NCBI GenBank assembly: GCA_963796685.1
Contig: CAWCMR010000025.1
Coordinates: forward strand, 1,984,001-2,048,000
Direction: 5' to 3'
DNA from: an uncultured delta proteobacterium
Lineage (GTDB): Bacteria > Myxococcota_A > Polyangia > Fen-1088
DNA: 64,000 nt
Shown here one piece after another: positions 1-11,310 of this stretch. A program made the translations under genes and the position numbers. Below the pieces are notes generated by a model. The model worked only from the letters and a program-made list of their open reading frames with translations, had not been told where the DNA came from and did no database searches. Within the stretch, counting starts at the first letter, position 1, and each line of letters starts with the position of its first letter.

Positions 1-157
1 GGAGGATCTCGAACACGGAGGACAGCCCTAGCCCGGTTTGGGTGAGAAGCTTCTCGATTTGGAAGATGTCCACCATGACGGCCGCGCGACGCATTCTACC
101 CCCTTGGAAAGTGCCGTGTGACGAAATGGCGTGTTGCGTGTTAGCTTTCGCACCGTC

Positions 158-1468
158 ATGAAAATCGCCGTTATTGGGACCGGCTACGTCGGTCTGGTTG
201 CAGGGGCCGGCTTCGCCGACATGGGCAGCGACGTTGTGTGCGCGGATATCGACGCCGCCAAGATCGCCATGCTCGGGCGCGGCGAGATTCCAATCTACGA
301 GCCAGGGCTGGAAAAGCTCATCGCGCACAACGTCCGGGAAGGGCGCTTGTCCTTCACCACCGACGTTCCCGCCGCCGTGGCCGGAAGCGCAGTGGTCTTC
401 TTGGCCGTGGGCACGCCGCCACTGGCCGACGGCTCGGCCGATCTCAGCCACACCTTTGCGGCCGCCGAGACTGTCGCGCGCTCTCTTACCGGCTTCACCG
501 TCATCGTGACCAAGTCCACGGTGCCGGTGGGCACGGGAGACCGAATCGAAGACATCGCGCGCAAGCACGCCCGGTGCGAGCTCGCGGTGGTTTCCAACCC
601 CGAGTTCCTGAAGGAGGGCGATGCGGTGGGTGACTTCATGAAGCCCGACCGGATCGTCGTGGGCACCAGCGACGCGCGCGCCATCGCCGCGCTGCAGGCG
701 CTCTATGCGCCCTTCACGCGCTCGAGCGATCGCATGCTGGTCATGGACCGTCGCTCGGCCGAGCTGACCAAGTACGCCGCCAATTCCATGCTGGCCACGC
801 GCATCTCGTTCATGAACGACCTGGCCAATCTCTGCGATGCCGTCGGGGCGGACATCGAGTGCGTGCGCAAAGGCATGGGGTCGGACGCGCGCATCGGAAC
901 CAAGTTCCTGTACGCGGGGGTCGGGTTCGGTGGCAGTTGCTTCCCCAAGGATCTGCGCGCGGCCATCAGTACCGGGGACGAGGCGGGCGTACCCCTGCGT
1001 GTCCTCCAAGCCGTGGTGGCCGTGAACGAGAGGCAGAAACACCGGCTGTCTGCGGACATCCTGCGCTTCTTTCACGGCGACCTCGCCGGCAAGCGCATCG
1101 CCCTGTGGGGGCTCGCGTTCAAGCCAGGCACCGACGATCTGCGCGAGGCAGCGGCCCTGGTGCTGGCCGAGGATCTCCTGGCCGCGGGAGCCGAGGTCGT
1201 GGCGACCGATCCGGTGGCCATTTCCGCCGCCCAAAAACTGCTGGGCCAGCGGGTACGCTTCGCGGCCTCGAATTACGACTGTGCCGAGGGCGCGGACGCG
1301 CTTGCACTGGTCACCGAGTGGCGCGACTACCGCCGTCCCAACTTCAAGCGCCTGGCCGGCCTCATGCGCGGCAAGGCACTGTTCGACGGACGCAACATCT
1401 GGGAGCCCTCCGAAGTGCGTGCCGCCGGGCTCGACTACCACGGTATCGGGAGAGGGCACAGAGGGTAA
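158..1468 (+). CDS. ugd: UDP-glucose 6-dehydrogenase
   Basis: MKIAVIGTGYVGL Rossmann start, SNPEFLKEG, GFGGSCFPKD catalytic motif, GLAFKPGTDDLRE; ATG at 158 chosen. Confidence 0.95.
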   Translation: MKIAVIGTGYVGLVAGAGFADMGSDVVCADIDAAKIAMLGRGEIPIYEPGLEKLIAHNVREGRLSFTTDVPAAVAGSAVVFLAVGTPPLADGSADLSHTFAAAETVARSLTGFTVIVTKSTVPVGTGDRIEDIARKHARCELAVVSNPEFLKEGDAVGDFMKPDRIVVGTSDARAIAALQALYAPFTRSSDRMLVMDRRSAELTKYAANSMLATRISFMNDLANLCDAVGADIECVRKGMGSDARIGTKFLYAGVGFGGSCFPKDLRAAISTGDEAGVPLRVLQAVVAVNERQKHRLSADILRFFHGDLAGKRIALWGLAFKPGTDDLREAAALVLAEDLLAAGAEVVATDPVAISAAQKLLGQRVRFAASNYDCAEGADALALVTEWRDYRRPNFKRLAGLMRGKALFDGRNIWEPSEVRAAGLDYHGIGRGHRG

Positions 1469-1738
1469 CAGGAGAGGGCGCAGAGCTTTCCGCGATAGCC
1501 GCAGAAGGTCGTGGCCCTGGCCGATTGTCATGGCCGTCGGCCAGGACGGCGAAGACGCCTACGGATACGGCAAGCCGTCCCCGTCCACGTCCACGGCCAC
1601 GGTAGGCCGTCTACGTCCGAGGCCACCCGTCATCCCTCCGATTGAGTCAACGGAACACAACCTTCTATTTCCGCGTTTTCTCTGTGCTCTCCCTGCTTCT
1701 GTGTTCCCTCTTCTTCCGGATGCTCTTCTCTGCGCTCT
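1469..1738. repeat. Intergenic REP-like/low-complexity region between convergent genes
   Basis: GGAGAGGGCGCAGAG near 1471 is roughly complementary to CTCTGTGCTCTCCCTG near 1680; internal short repeats CGTCCACGTCCACGGCCACGG. Confidence 0.4.
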
Positions 1739-2458
1739 CTACTTCTTGGGCTTGCGCGCTTTTTCCAGCTCCTGCACGGCCTCGGTGATGCGGTTGAAGA
1801 TCTTGGCCAACTTTTCGCGAAACTTTCCCAAGTCTTTGCCGAAGTAGCGGTCGGGGTGCAGTTCCTTCGAGGCGGCCCCGAAGGCGCGCTTGATGGCGGC
1901 GCTGTCCGCGTCCTTGGCGACCCCGAGCAGCTCGTGCGGCGCCAGTTTGCGCATGCGCCGGTGCAAGCGGATGAGGCGCTTCTTGGTCTCCTCCGAGAGA
2001 TCGGGTCCTTCGACGAGCTCGCTGGGATCCACGGGGCCGCCATCGTCCAAACGCTCCAGCATGGAGACCTGTCCGATTTCGGCCTCGCCGGATTTGCCCC
2101 CGGCTCGTTCTTGCGCCTGGCGCAACATATCGTCCGTGACCACGACGGGCGGAGGGGTCTTGGGGTGAAAATCCGGGTTCGTCGAGCGCAGCGAGCGCTG
2201 GGGTCTGCGCGGGGGGGCGGTTTCGCCCGGGCCCAGGATGAGCTTTTCCGTCTTCAGCTTGCGCAGGATCGCCAGCGTCTCTTCCCGGCCGAGCGAGGAC
2301 ATGCGGCAGACCTCGTCGTAGCTGGCGCGGCCGTCGATGCGCGAGAGGATGAATCCTTCGGTGGGGGTGAGCTTGAGCTGGGTGAAATCGAGGTCGGAAT
2401 TGAGTCGCGGCTTGTCGCTCTTGGCCCCGAGCCCGGAGATTTCATCGCGTGTTGCCAT
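1739..2458 (-). CDS. J-domain (DnaJ-like) protein
   Basis: C-terminal HELLGVAKDADSAAIKRAF...KELHPDRYF with HPD motif. Confidence 0.85.
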   Translation of the reverse strand: MATRDEISGLGAKSDKPRLNSDLDFTQLKLTPTEGFILSRIDGRASYDEVCRMSSLGREETLAILRKLKTEKLILGPGETAPPRRPQRSLRSTNPDFHPKTPPPVVVTDDMLRQAQERAGGKSGEAEIGQVSMLERLDDGGPVDPSELVEGPDLSEETKKRLIRLHRRMRKLAPHELLGVAKDADSAAIKRAFGAASKELHPDRYFGKDLGKFREKLAKIFNRITEAVQELEKARKPKK

Positions 2459-2482
2459 AGGCGCCCCTATCGTGATCCCAAG

Positions 2483-3439
2483 CTAGGGCAGCAGCCACTC
2501 GAGCAGGGCTTTCTGCGCGTGCAGCCGATTCTCCGCCTCCTGCCAAACGACGCTGGCGGGCCCCTCGATGACCTCGTCGGTGATTTCCTCGCCCCGGTGT
2601 GCGGGAAGGCAGTGCAGCACGATGGCCTGGGCGTCCGCGGCGCCGACCAGTTTACGATCCAGGCAGTACCCGACGAAGGCCTTCCGCCGCGCCTCGACCT
2701 CGGTCTCCTTGCCCATGGACGCGAACACGTCGGTGGAGAGGATGTGGCGGCTGGCCACGGCCTCGCGCGGATCTTGCGTGAGGTGGATCCTGCCCTTGCC
2801 GGTGCCCCTGGCCCGGGCCAAAACGTCGGTGCTCGGCTCGTAATTCTTGGGACAGGCCAGCGCGAGGTCGAGCCCGAGCAGCCCGGCCGCCTCGACCCAC
2901 GTGTTGGCCATGTTGTTGCCATCCCCGACCCACGCGTAGCGCACGCTGCGCAGAACCGACAGCACGTCGGGCGCCTGGCCCGCGGGAGTGCGGCCTGCAA
3001 CATGGGCGTACACCGTTTGCAGATCGGCCAGCACTTGGCAGGGATGCAGCAGATCGGTCAGGCCGTTGATCACCGGAACCGACGCATACTTGGCCAGCTC
3101 TTGCGCGCCCTCGTGCGCGAAGGTGCGCACCATGATGCCGTGGCAGTAGCGTGCCATCACCCGCGCGGTGTCCTTGATGGGTTCGCCTCGACCAAGTTGC
3201 GAATCGTTGCGGCCGATGATCACCGCGTGCCCGCCCAGCTCCTCGATGGCCACTTCGAAGCTCACGCGGGTTCGGGTCGAGGCCTTCTCGAAGATGAGCG
3301 CCAGCATGCGCCCCGGCCGCGTCGCATGCGGCTCGCGCATCTGGCGGAGGAAGCGCAGCTCCTCCGCGCGTCGGATGAGCATGGCCAGCTCCACGTCGCT
3401 GACGTCAAATAGGCTCAGAAAATCGCGTTTCTTGTCCAT
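2483..3439 (-). CDS. argF: Ornithine carbamoyltransferase
   Basis: FEKASTRTRVSFE, HPCQVLAD and LHCLPAHRGEE motifs. Confidence 0.96.
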   Translation of the reverse strand: MDKKRDFLSLFDVSDVELAMLIRRAEELRFLRQMREPHATRPGRMLALIFEKASTRTRVSFEVAIEELGGHAVIIGRNDSQLGRGEPIKDTARVMARYCHGIMVRTFAHEGAQELAKYASVPVINGLTDLLHPCQVLADLQTVYAHVAGRTPAGQAPDVLSVLRSVRYAWVGDGNNMANTWVEAAGLLGLDLALACPKNYEPSTDVLARARGTGKGRIHLTQDPREAVASRHILSTDVFASMGKETEVEARRKAFVGYCLDRKLVGAADAQAIVLHCLPAHRGEEITDEVIEGPASVVWQEAENRLHAQKALLEWLLP

Positions 3440-3490
3440 GGTCTCTTGTTCTCTCGCTCTTGTCTCTCGCTTGCTCTCACCTTGGCTTCG

Positions 3491-4690
3491 CTAGCCTTCG
3501 ACCAGCACCTCGTCCAGGATGGCCACGGCCTCGTCAATCTCGTCTTTGCCCACCACCAGGGGCGGAGCAAAACGCACCACCTGCCCGCCCGCCACGGACA
3601 GCAGCAGCCCGCGGTCGCGTGCCTTCTGCACCACCGGGGCGGCTTCACCGTCGAGCACCAGGCCCTGCAGCAGTCCCCGGCCGCGCGTTCCCCGCGTCTT
3701 CGGCCGACGCCGCTCGGCCAAGCGCGACAGCGCCGAGCCCAGGTGCGCTCCCATTTCCTTGCACTGGGCAAGCAGGCCTTGCTCGTCGATGGCCTGCTGG
3801 ATGTAAAGGGCGGCGGCGCATGCCAGGGGGTTGCCGCCGAAGGTGGAGGCATGGGTGCCGGGCTCGAAGGCGCGTTCGACCTCGTCGCTGGCCAGCATGG
3901 CGCCCATGGGTACGCCACCTGCCAGGCCCTTGGCCAGGGTGACGATGTCGGGCACCATGGCCTCGCGCTCGAAGGCATAGAACGTTCCGGTGCGGCCCAC
4001 GCCGGTTTGAATCTCGTCGAAGATGAGCAGGGCCCCCCGCTCGCTGCACAGCCGGCGCAGCTCTTGCAAATAGCCGGGCGGCGGCAGGTTGATGCCGCCC
4101 TCGGCCTGGATGGGCTCGGCGATGACCGCGCAGGTGCGGTCGCTGATGGCCAGACGCGCGGCCTCGGCGTCGCCGAACGGGATGAAGCGAACGTCGCCCA
4201 CCATGGGGCCGAAGCCTTGCCTGTACTTGGCTTGGCCGGTCACCGAGAGCGCGCCCATGGTGCGGCCGTGAAAGCTGTTCTCGAAAGAGATGAATTCGAC
4301 CCGCTGGGGCTTGCCGCGCACCACGGCCTGGTAGCGCCGCGCCAACTTGAGCGCCGCCTCGTTGGCCTCGGCACCCGAGTTGCAGAAGAACATCTTGCCG
4401 GCAAAGGCGCGCTTGGACAGGGCCTCGGCCAGACGAATCTGCGTCTCGATGAAATACAGGTTCGAGGTGTGGTGCAGCCGCGCCGCCTGCAGGGCGATGG
4501 CCTCCGCCAGGCCCTGGTGGCCGTGCCCGAGGATGCACACCGCGATGCCGGCGGTCATGTCGAGGAAACGGCGGCCGTCGACATCCCACAGCACGCAACC
4601 TTCGCCCCGCGACATGACAATGGGCGCGCGACCATAGTTGTTGATGAGTAGTTTTCGCCCCGTGGCGAGTAGTTGATCTGAGAGCGTCAT
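3491..4690 (-). CDS. argD: Acetylornithine aminotransferase (class III PLP enzyme)
   Basis: NSGAEANEAA, FHGRT, DEIQTGVGRTG, AKGLAGG, STFGGNPLA; adjacent to argF. Confidence 0.93.
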   Translation of the reverse strand: MTLSDQLLATGRKLLINNYGRAPIVMSRGEGCVLWDVDGRRFLDMTAGIAVCILGHGHQGLAEAIALQAARLHHTSNLYFIETQIRLAEALSKRAFAGKMFFCNSGAEANEAALKLARRYQAVVRGKPQRVEFISFENSFHGRTMGALSVTGQAKYRQGFGPMVGDVRFIPFGDAEAARLAISDRTCAVIAEPIQAEGGINLPPPGYLQELRRLCSERGALLIFDEIQTGVGRTGTFYAFEREAMVPDIVTLAKGLAGGVPMGAMLASDEVERAFEPGTHASTFGGNPLACAAALYIQQAIDEQGLLAQCKEMGAHLGSALSRLAERRRPKTRGTRGRGLLQGLVLDGEAAPVVQKARDRGLLLSVAGGQVVRFAPPLVVGKDEIDEAVAILDEVLVEG

Positions 4691-4756
4691 CGAAAGGGCT
4701 AACCATAACAGAAACTCGGGCGACCATTGATCGTCAGATCGTCGATTTTGCCGCGC

Positions 4757-5533
4757 CTAGAACAGTCGCAGCTTCACGCCGATACGAAGCAAATCGAGCC
4801 CGGAACGCAGCGCCGCCGCCGGGCGCAGCTTGGACCCTGGGACGTCGGTCCACGCCAGCAGAGGCTCCTCGCGAATCCTGCTTTCGGAGATACCCGCGAT
4901 TCCGGCGCGTGGGCGTAGCAGGCGCGCGAGCAGCTCGACATCGAAGACCCAGCGCGAAATGAATGGCTGGTCGAGTGCCGCCGCCAGGGCATCGGTGCGG
5001 AGGAAGAGCTTGGCCCCGCACTGGGTGTCGTAAACCGGCAGGTTGAGGCTGAGGCTGGCACACGTCGCGAATATGCGGCCGAGGTAGTGGCGTGCATGCT
5101 TGCGCTCGATGGTGCGGCCCAGGAGCTGAACGCGCGAGCCCATCAAGATGTCGTACGCGCCCGCGCGCATGATGGCGGCCAGGCGAAGCAGCTCGCGCGG
5201 CGGGGTCGCGAGATCGGCGTCGACGAATCCGACGATCGGGCTACTCTGGGAAAGGGCGCGCAGCATGCCCTGGCGCACGGCCTCGGCCTTGCCTGAATTC
5301 TCGGGCAGGGCGATGACTTCGATTTGGGCGGGCCGCTGTTCGGCGATGGCGCGCAGGCAAGCCGGGGTCTCGTCCCGGGAGCCATCGTCGACGAAGATCA
5401 GGGATGCCGGCGCGTTTTCGTCCAAGAAGGCGAGAAAGGCCGGGCCATCGATGCGTCCGGCCTCCTCGAAGCACGGGACGACCCACGCGATGCGATCGGT
5501 TCGTTCGGTCCGGTCGGCGTGGTCGGTGGTCAT
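4757..5533 (-). CDS. Family 2 glycosyltransferase (polyprenol-phosphate glycosyltransferase-like)
   Basis: VVPCFEE, VDDGSRD, NSGKAEAVRQG, DADL, DTQCGAKLF, FDVELL. Confidence 0.9.
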   Translation of the reverse strand: MTTDHADRTERTDRIAWVVPCFEEAGRIDGPAFLAFLDENAPASLIFVDDGSRDETPACLRAIAEQRPAQIEVIALPENSGKAEAVRQGMLRALSQSSPIVGFVDADLATPPRELLRLAAIMRAGAYDILMGSRVQLLGRTIERKHARHYLGRIFATCASLSLNLPVYDTQCGAKLFLRTDALAAALDQPFISRWVFDVELLARLLRPRAGIAGISESRIREEPLLAWTDVPGSKLRPAAALRSGLDLLRIGVKLRLF

Positions 5534-6303
5534 CGGCGTTGGGCCAGCACCCAGGTTGAAAGACCCGCGAAAGGAAGGCGAAACCGCGAGGCGATGCTCG
5601 AGCAGTGCGCATCCAGGGAAAGCACCGCCGTCACCGCTGCGGTGACGACCCGTCCGTGTTTCCAGGCCCCCAGGGAGGTTTCGATGTGCGACGGCTCATG
5701 GACGACGTGGACGGAATTCTCGTTCGCCAACACCTCGCCCAGCTTGGCGGCAGCGCGGGGCAAGAGCAGGCTGGCGAAGAGCGCGCCGTGATCGACGATG
5801 GCAAGCCCCGCGTTCTTGGCCAGGTCGCACAACCGGGCGGGTGCGTACCGTCGCCGGTGGCCGAGGAGCCTGTCGTGGCGCGAGAAGAGCGCCTGGATAG
5901 CCGGCACGCTGAGGAGCATCCAGCCTCCGGTCTCGAGCAGGGTCGCGGCCGCCTCGCGCAGGGTCGCCACATCGTCCTCGACGTGCTCGAGCACATCGAG
6001 CATCAGGACGAGATCGTGCTTTGCCGTGGGTTTGTGTGCGGTGAAGGACAAGCGCGCATCGCGGGAGGACTTCTCTCGTACCCAGCTGGCGTCGTAACCC
6101 GGATCGAAGCAGGTAAGCCGCGCCACCGCCGGCAGGTCCGCCAGCAGCCGCCGAGCGAGATATCCGTCGCCCGATCCGATGTCGAGGGCCGAAAGCCCAT
6201 GGCCGGTCACGCGCCTGCGCAGGCGGCGAATGAGGAAATCCGCGCGCACGATTTCCCAGGGATGGCGCGCGAACGGGCGGGCGGGCAGCTCCTTCAGGTC
6301 CAT
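5530..6303 (-). CDS. Class I SAM-dependent methyltransferase
   Basis: LDIGSGDG, LDVLEHVEDD, SVPA..FSRHDRLLGHRRRY; start trimmed to ATG 6303; stop overlaps the GT2 start. Confidence 0.85.
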   Translation of the reverse strand: MDLKELPARPFARHPWEIVRADFLIRRLRRRVTGHGLSALDIGSGDGYLARRLLADLPAVARLTCFDPGYDASWVREKSSRDARLSFTAHKPTAKHDLVLMLDVLEHVEDDVATLREAAATLLETGGWMLLSVPAIQALFSRHDRLLGHRRRYAPARLCDLAKNAGLAIVDHGALFASLLLPRAAAKLGEVLANENSVHVVHEPSHIETSLGAWKHGRVVTAAVTAVLSLDAHCSSIASRFRLPFAGLSTWVLAQRR

Positions 6304-6549
6304 GCACCATTGCCCTGTGCAGGCAGGGCCAGGATTCGTTGGCGCCCGGCCAGGGCCGGCGGTGGTGCGGGTAAGCGTTGCTGCTTCGCCACGTGCCCAG
6401 GGTACCACGCCCGCCGGTGCCATTCCCAGGATCGGTGTGGTCGATCCGGTGTCGGCCGGAGCGGATCCCGACGCAAGTAAAGTACCGGGGCCTATCTGCC
6501 GAGCGATCGGTTGCCACGAATGGAATGACTTCAACCAGGAACAGCACCC

Positions 6550-7074
6550 ATGGCCCAAGCGAACCTAAACGAATGGCTTACCCAGTTCTGCGAGTGGCAC
6601 GACGGCTTCAAGAAGGGCTCTCTGCCGGCGGAGACAAGCGGGGCCTACATGCAGGGCCGTCGCGAGCTTTGCTCGGCCTTGCTCATGGCCCAGCGTCTGG
6701 CCATCGAGCCGGGAGCGGCCGCGCGAGGCGCTCTTCGCGTGGCACGCGCGTACCAAATCGAATTCGGCCTTCCATCGGGCGCCGTGACCGCCATCACCAG
6801 CGACGTCAGCACGAGCGGGCTATCCGCCTTGGTGGCGGAAGCGCCAGCCGACGGGACGGTGCTGTGGATGCGGCTCAAGATCGGTGGCGGGGCTGTCATC
6901 GTCGGGCGTTGCCAGGTGGTGAAGAACCTGCCCAAACAGGGCAGTATTCTGATGTGCGTGGCGTTCGAAGGCCTGCCCGCGGAGGCGCGCGAAAAGATTG
7001 AAACCGTCGTCTGCGATGTGGTGGTAAGCGAGCTGCGCGCTTCGCTGCGCCAGCGCCACGCGGCCGTGGGCTGA
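6550..7074 (+). CDS. PilZ-domain protein
   Basis: RGALRV and DVSTSG resemble the PilZ RxxxR / DxSxxG motifs. Confidence 0.7.
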   Translation: MAQANLNEWLTQFCEWHDGFKKGSLPAETSGAYMQGRRELCSALLMAQRLAIEPGAAARGALRVARAYQIEFGLPSGAVTAITSDVSTSGLSALVAEAPADGTVLWMRLKIGGGAVIVGRCQVVKNLPKQGSILMCVAFEGLPAEAREKIETVVCDVVVSELRASLRQRHAAVG

Positions 7075-7199
7075 CCCTCCAGCGGTGGGCTGGGGCTGTC
7101 CCCGACGGTGACCCGAATCCGGGTCCTAGGACTTGTCCTGTTGCACGGTGGCTTCTTGCGGTAGTATGCGACCCCTGTCCACAACCACAAGGAGAGCAC

Positions 7200-8591
<1,392 letters not shown>

Positions 8592-8623
8592 TCGAAAAAC
8601 GCACCCCTAGGTGCGACGAACGA

Positions 8624-8663
8624 AAAGGGCTCGGGGACTTCGCAAGAAGGTCCCGGGCCCTTT
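8624..8663 (+). terminator. Intrinsic terminator-like hairpin after the OmpA gene
   Basis: AAAGGGCTCGGGGACTTC-GCAA-GAAGGTCCCGGGCCCTTT stem with GNRA loop, A-run before and T-run after. Confidence 0.75.
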
Positions 8664-8705
8664 ACTATTGGGGGAGGGTTTTCCATCATCTTCGAGAGGT
8701 AGGTC

Positions 8706-8807
8706 ACCACCGAGGACACAGCGGCCCGCAGAATGAAGGGTTCTCCGGATCTCGATCCGAACCCTTCATTTCTCATCCGTCTCCGTGCTCTCTGTGTCCT
8801 CTGTGGT
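8706..8807. repeat. Long imperfect inverted repeat (REP-like hairpin)
   Basis: ACCACCGAGGACACAG...CTGTGTCCTCTGTGGT outer arms; AATGAAGGGTTC...GAACCCTTCATT inner arms. Confidence 0.65.
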
Positions 8808-8848
8808 TAGAATCCGGAAATTGGTCGGGTTTCAAACCGTTCGGTGCT

Positions 8849-10954
8849 CTAGAAGTCGGAGCCGTCTTTCGCGTAGTGCGTGTTCACGGTGAGCGACAGA
8901 TTCAACGGTTGGGCGTAGAGCTGGCGGTAGCGGGCGTAGATACCGAGGACGCGCTTGATGTATTCGCGGGCCTGGTCGTAGGTGATGAGCTCGACGAATT
9001 CGTCGAGAGGTCGGCCGGCCCACTGGTCGCACCAACGCATCATCGCGTGCGCGCCGGCATTGTAGGCGCCAGCGGCAAGGGCCTCCTGGCCCTGGAAGCG
9101 ACGGAGAAGATTGCCCAGGTAGGCGACGCCAAGGTGCAGGTTGGTGTCGGGATCGAAGAGCTCGTCGGCATAGGATGCGAGCACGAGATTCTTGGCCACC
9201 TCGGCGGCGGTGGTGGGAATCAGTTGCAACAGGCCGCGCGCGTCCGACCCCGAAACCGCGAAGGGCAGGTACGTCGATTCCTTTCTCATGATGGCGTAGA
9301 TGAACAGCTCGGGGCTACCGAACTCCTTGCCGTAATCTCGGGCGGCGTCGCGATAGGCGCGCGGATAGGCGGCCTCCCAAAAGAGGCGCGCGCCGTCGCC
9401 CAGCGCGGCCTCGCCGGATGACTCCGCAAGCTTGAAGGCGCGGTGGAATGCCAGGAGGCGCGCGTAGGTGGCTAGCAGGAAGGGCAGCGCGTGTCCCTTG
9501 CCGTTGCGCTTGAGAACCCCCGATTCGTTGCGCTCGAGCTCGGCGCCTGCTTCGATTTTGAGCCCCACGCGCTCGAGCTCGAGAGCGCGCGCGACCACGG
9601 GATCGCGCAAGGACGCGGGCCCGACCGCCCGGCCGGTTAGTTGCGGCCAGGGCAACGATTCGCCGAGCTCGCGCAGCCGCGCCCGCGCCAGCAGGCCGTA
9701 GTAATGGTATGGGGCTCGGCTCACGCACTCGCGCAGGAGGGCCCGCGCTTCGTCTTGCCGTCCGGCTTGCGCGAGGATGCGCGCGCGCCAGTAGCGTGCG
9801 CGCAGGGCCGCCTCCTCGTTGCGTCGCCCGGCGATCTCGGCATAGGTGGTGATGGCCTGCAAGGCTTGCGCCGAATCGCCAAGCAAGTAGTACGCGAAGG
9901 CGAGATACCAGGCGGCGTCGTCGGCGAAAGCGCTCTTGGGGTAACGCTGCAAGGTCTCGCGCAGACCCGGCAAGGCCTCGCGAAAATGTCCACGGTTGAT
10001 TTCCAGCCAGCCCGAGCGGAACTGCGCCTCGGCAGCCCAGCTGGAATTGGGATAGCTCGCGACCACGGTTCGATAATTGGCGATGGCCTCGTCGTCGCGG
10101 TCGATGCGCGACAAGGCGCGCGCGCCGTGGAACGTGGCGAAGGCCGCCTTCTCTCCAGGGAGCTTGGGTGCCACGCCGAGGAGAAGTGCCGCCGCTTGGG
10201 CGTAGTCGCGACGCGCGTGGTACTTGGCCATGCCCATCGCCAGATCGCGCTCGACGGCCAGGTCTTGGGGCAGGGAAGCGGGCAAGCGCGCAAGCTCGTC
10301 GAGGGCCTCCTGGAAGTGACGGCCCTTGGACAGCGTGGCTGCCCGCTGCAGACGCTCGCTCGGCGATGGCTCGCTGGCCACCGATTTGTCCGCGGTCGCT
10401 GGCGCCAGCAGTGCGGCGCGCCTGCCGGCCTCGTCGCCGAGCGGGTGCGCGGGAAAATCCACGTGAACCTGCATGAAGGCACGCGCCGCCGCGTCCGTCG
10501 CCGATCTGGCGTCCTTGGCGTACGGTGCCGCCTCGGCTTGTGCCTCCGCCATGCGAAAACGCGCCACCGCCTGATCGAACGCAGGTTTGCCGCCGAGGAG
10601 CTTGCGATAGGCAACGGCCGCCTCCTCGTGCTTGCCCTCCATCCACAGGCAATCGGCGACCCGTGCCGGCGCCGCTGCGGCGAAACGCGAATCGCGCTGC
10701 TTGCCCAGCTCCGAAAAGGCCGCACGAGCCTTGGCGTAGGCGCCGGCATAGAACTGACTTTCGCCCAGAAAATAGAGGTAGTAGTCCTTGTTCTTGGGCA
10801 GGGCATCGCCGAGCCCGGGTAGGGCGCGCGCGGATTCCTCGTAATCACCAGCCCGGAACGCGGACAGAGCCTTCCCGAAGTCGCCGGCCTCCGTGCGCGT
10901 CTTGGTCGTGGCGGAAGCGGCAAGCACGAGTACTGCGAAGACGGCGGGCGACAT
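8849..10954 (-). CDS. slt: TPR-containing soluble lytic murein transglycosylase (Slt70-like)
   Basis: TPR-like helices, then AIMRKES, ARGLLQL, AGAYNAG and EYIKRV SLT motifs. Confidence 0.9.
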   Translation of the reverse strand: MSPAVFAVLVLAASATTKTRTEAGDFGKALSAFRAGDYEESARALPGLGDALPKNKDYYLYFLGESQFYAGAYAKARAAFSELGKQRDSRFAAAAPARVADCLWMEGKHEEAAVAYRKLLGGKPAFDQAVARFRMAEAQAEAAPYAKDARSATDAAARAFMQVHVDFPAHPLGDEAGRRAALLAPATADKSVASEPSPSERLQRAATLSKGRHFQEALDELARLPASLPQDLAVERDLAMGMAKYHARRDYAQAAALLLGVAPKLPGEKAAFATFHGARALSRIDRDDEAIANYRTVVASYPNSSWAAEAQFRSGWLEINRGHFREALPGLRETLQRYPKSAFADDAAWYLAFAYYLLGDSAQALQAITTYAEIAGRRNEEAALRARYWRARILAQAGRQDEARALLRECVSRAPYHYYGLLARARLRELGESLPWPQLTGRAVGPASLRDPVVARALELERVGLKIEAGAELERNESGVLKRNGKGHALPFLLATYARLLAFHRAFKLAESSGEAALGDGARLFWEAAYPRAYRDAARDYGKEFGSPELFIYAIMRKESTYLPFAVSGSDARGLLQLIPTTAAEVAKNLVLASYADELFDPDTNLHLGVAYLGNLLRRFQGQEALAAGAYNAGAHAMMRWCDQWAGRPLDEFVELITYDQAREYIKRVLGIYARYRQLYAQPLNLSLTVNTHYAKDGSDF

Positions 10955-10977
10955 GGCCGACGACTATAGCGCAGCCG
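10178..10977 (+). repeat. Left copy of ~800-bp direct repeat (5' part of slt plus upstream bases)
   Basis: Near-identical to 34234-35034. Confidence 0.93.
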
Positions 10978-10998
10978 TTCCCGAAAGATGCCTAGGTC

Positions 10999-11213
10999 GA
11001 CTTGCGCCGGCTCCGCCTCCACGGCCTCATCGCCCGCATCCCGGGCACCCGGCGCTATGTCGTGACCTCCTATGGCCTCAACGTCGCCTTCTTCTATTAA
11101 AGGTCTACATCCGCATCCTGCGGCCTGGCTGGGCTGCTCTTGCCGCCGACGATCACGCCGACATTCCGCGCCCAATAGGCACCATCCTCAACAATCTCGA
11201 CGTGCCCCCATGA
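10999..11213 (+). pseudogene. C-terminal remnant of a putative transposase-like (often MarR-annotated) protein
   Basis: Reads DLRRLRLHGLIARIPGTRRYVVTSYGLNVAFFY, then stop/frameshift, then KVYIRILRPGWAAL; no N-terminus; family recalled from memory. Confidence 0.55.
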
Positions 11214-11310
11214 AGGGGTCTGGTTCCCGGCTGGCGTTGGCGCGTGGCGACGTGGCGCTCGCGGTTTTCGCTCGCTGATCGGTCGCTGACGCTGTTACCC
11301 TTGCGCCATA

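Noticed and set aside
1-94. Possible 5' end of a minus-strand gene (MRRAAVMVDIFQIEKLL...)
   Set aside because: Too little sequence in the window to assign
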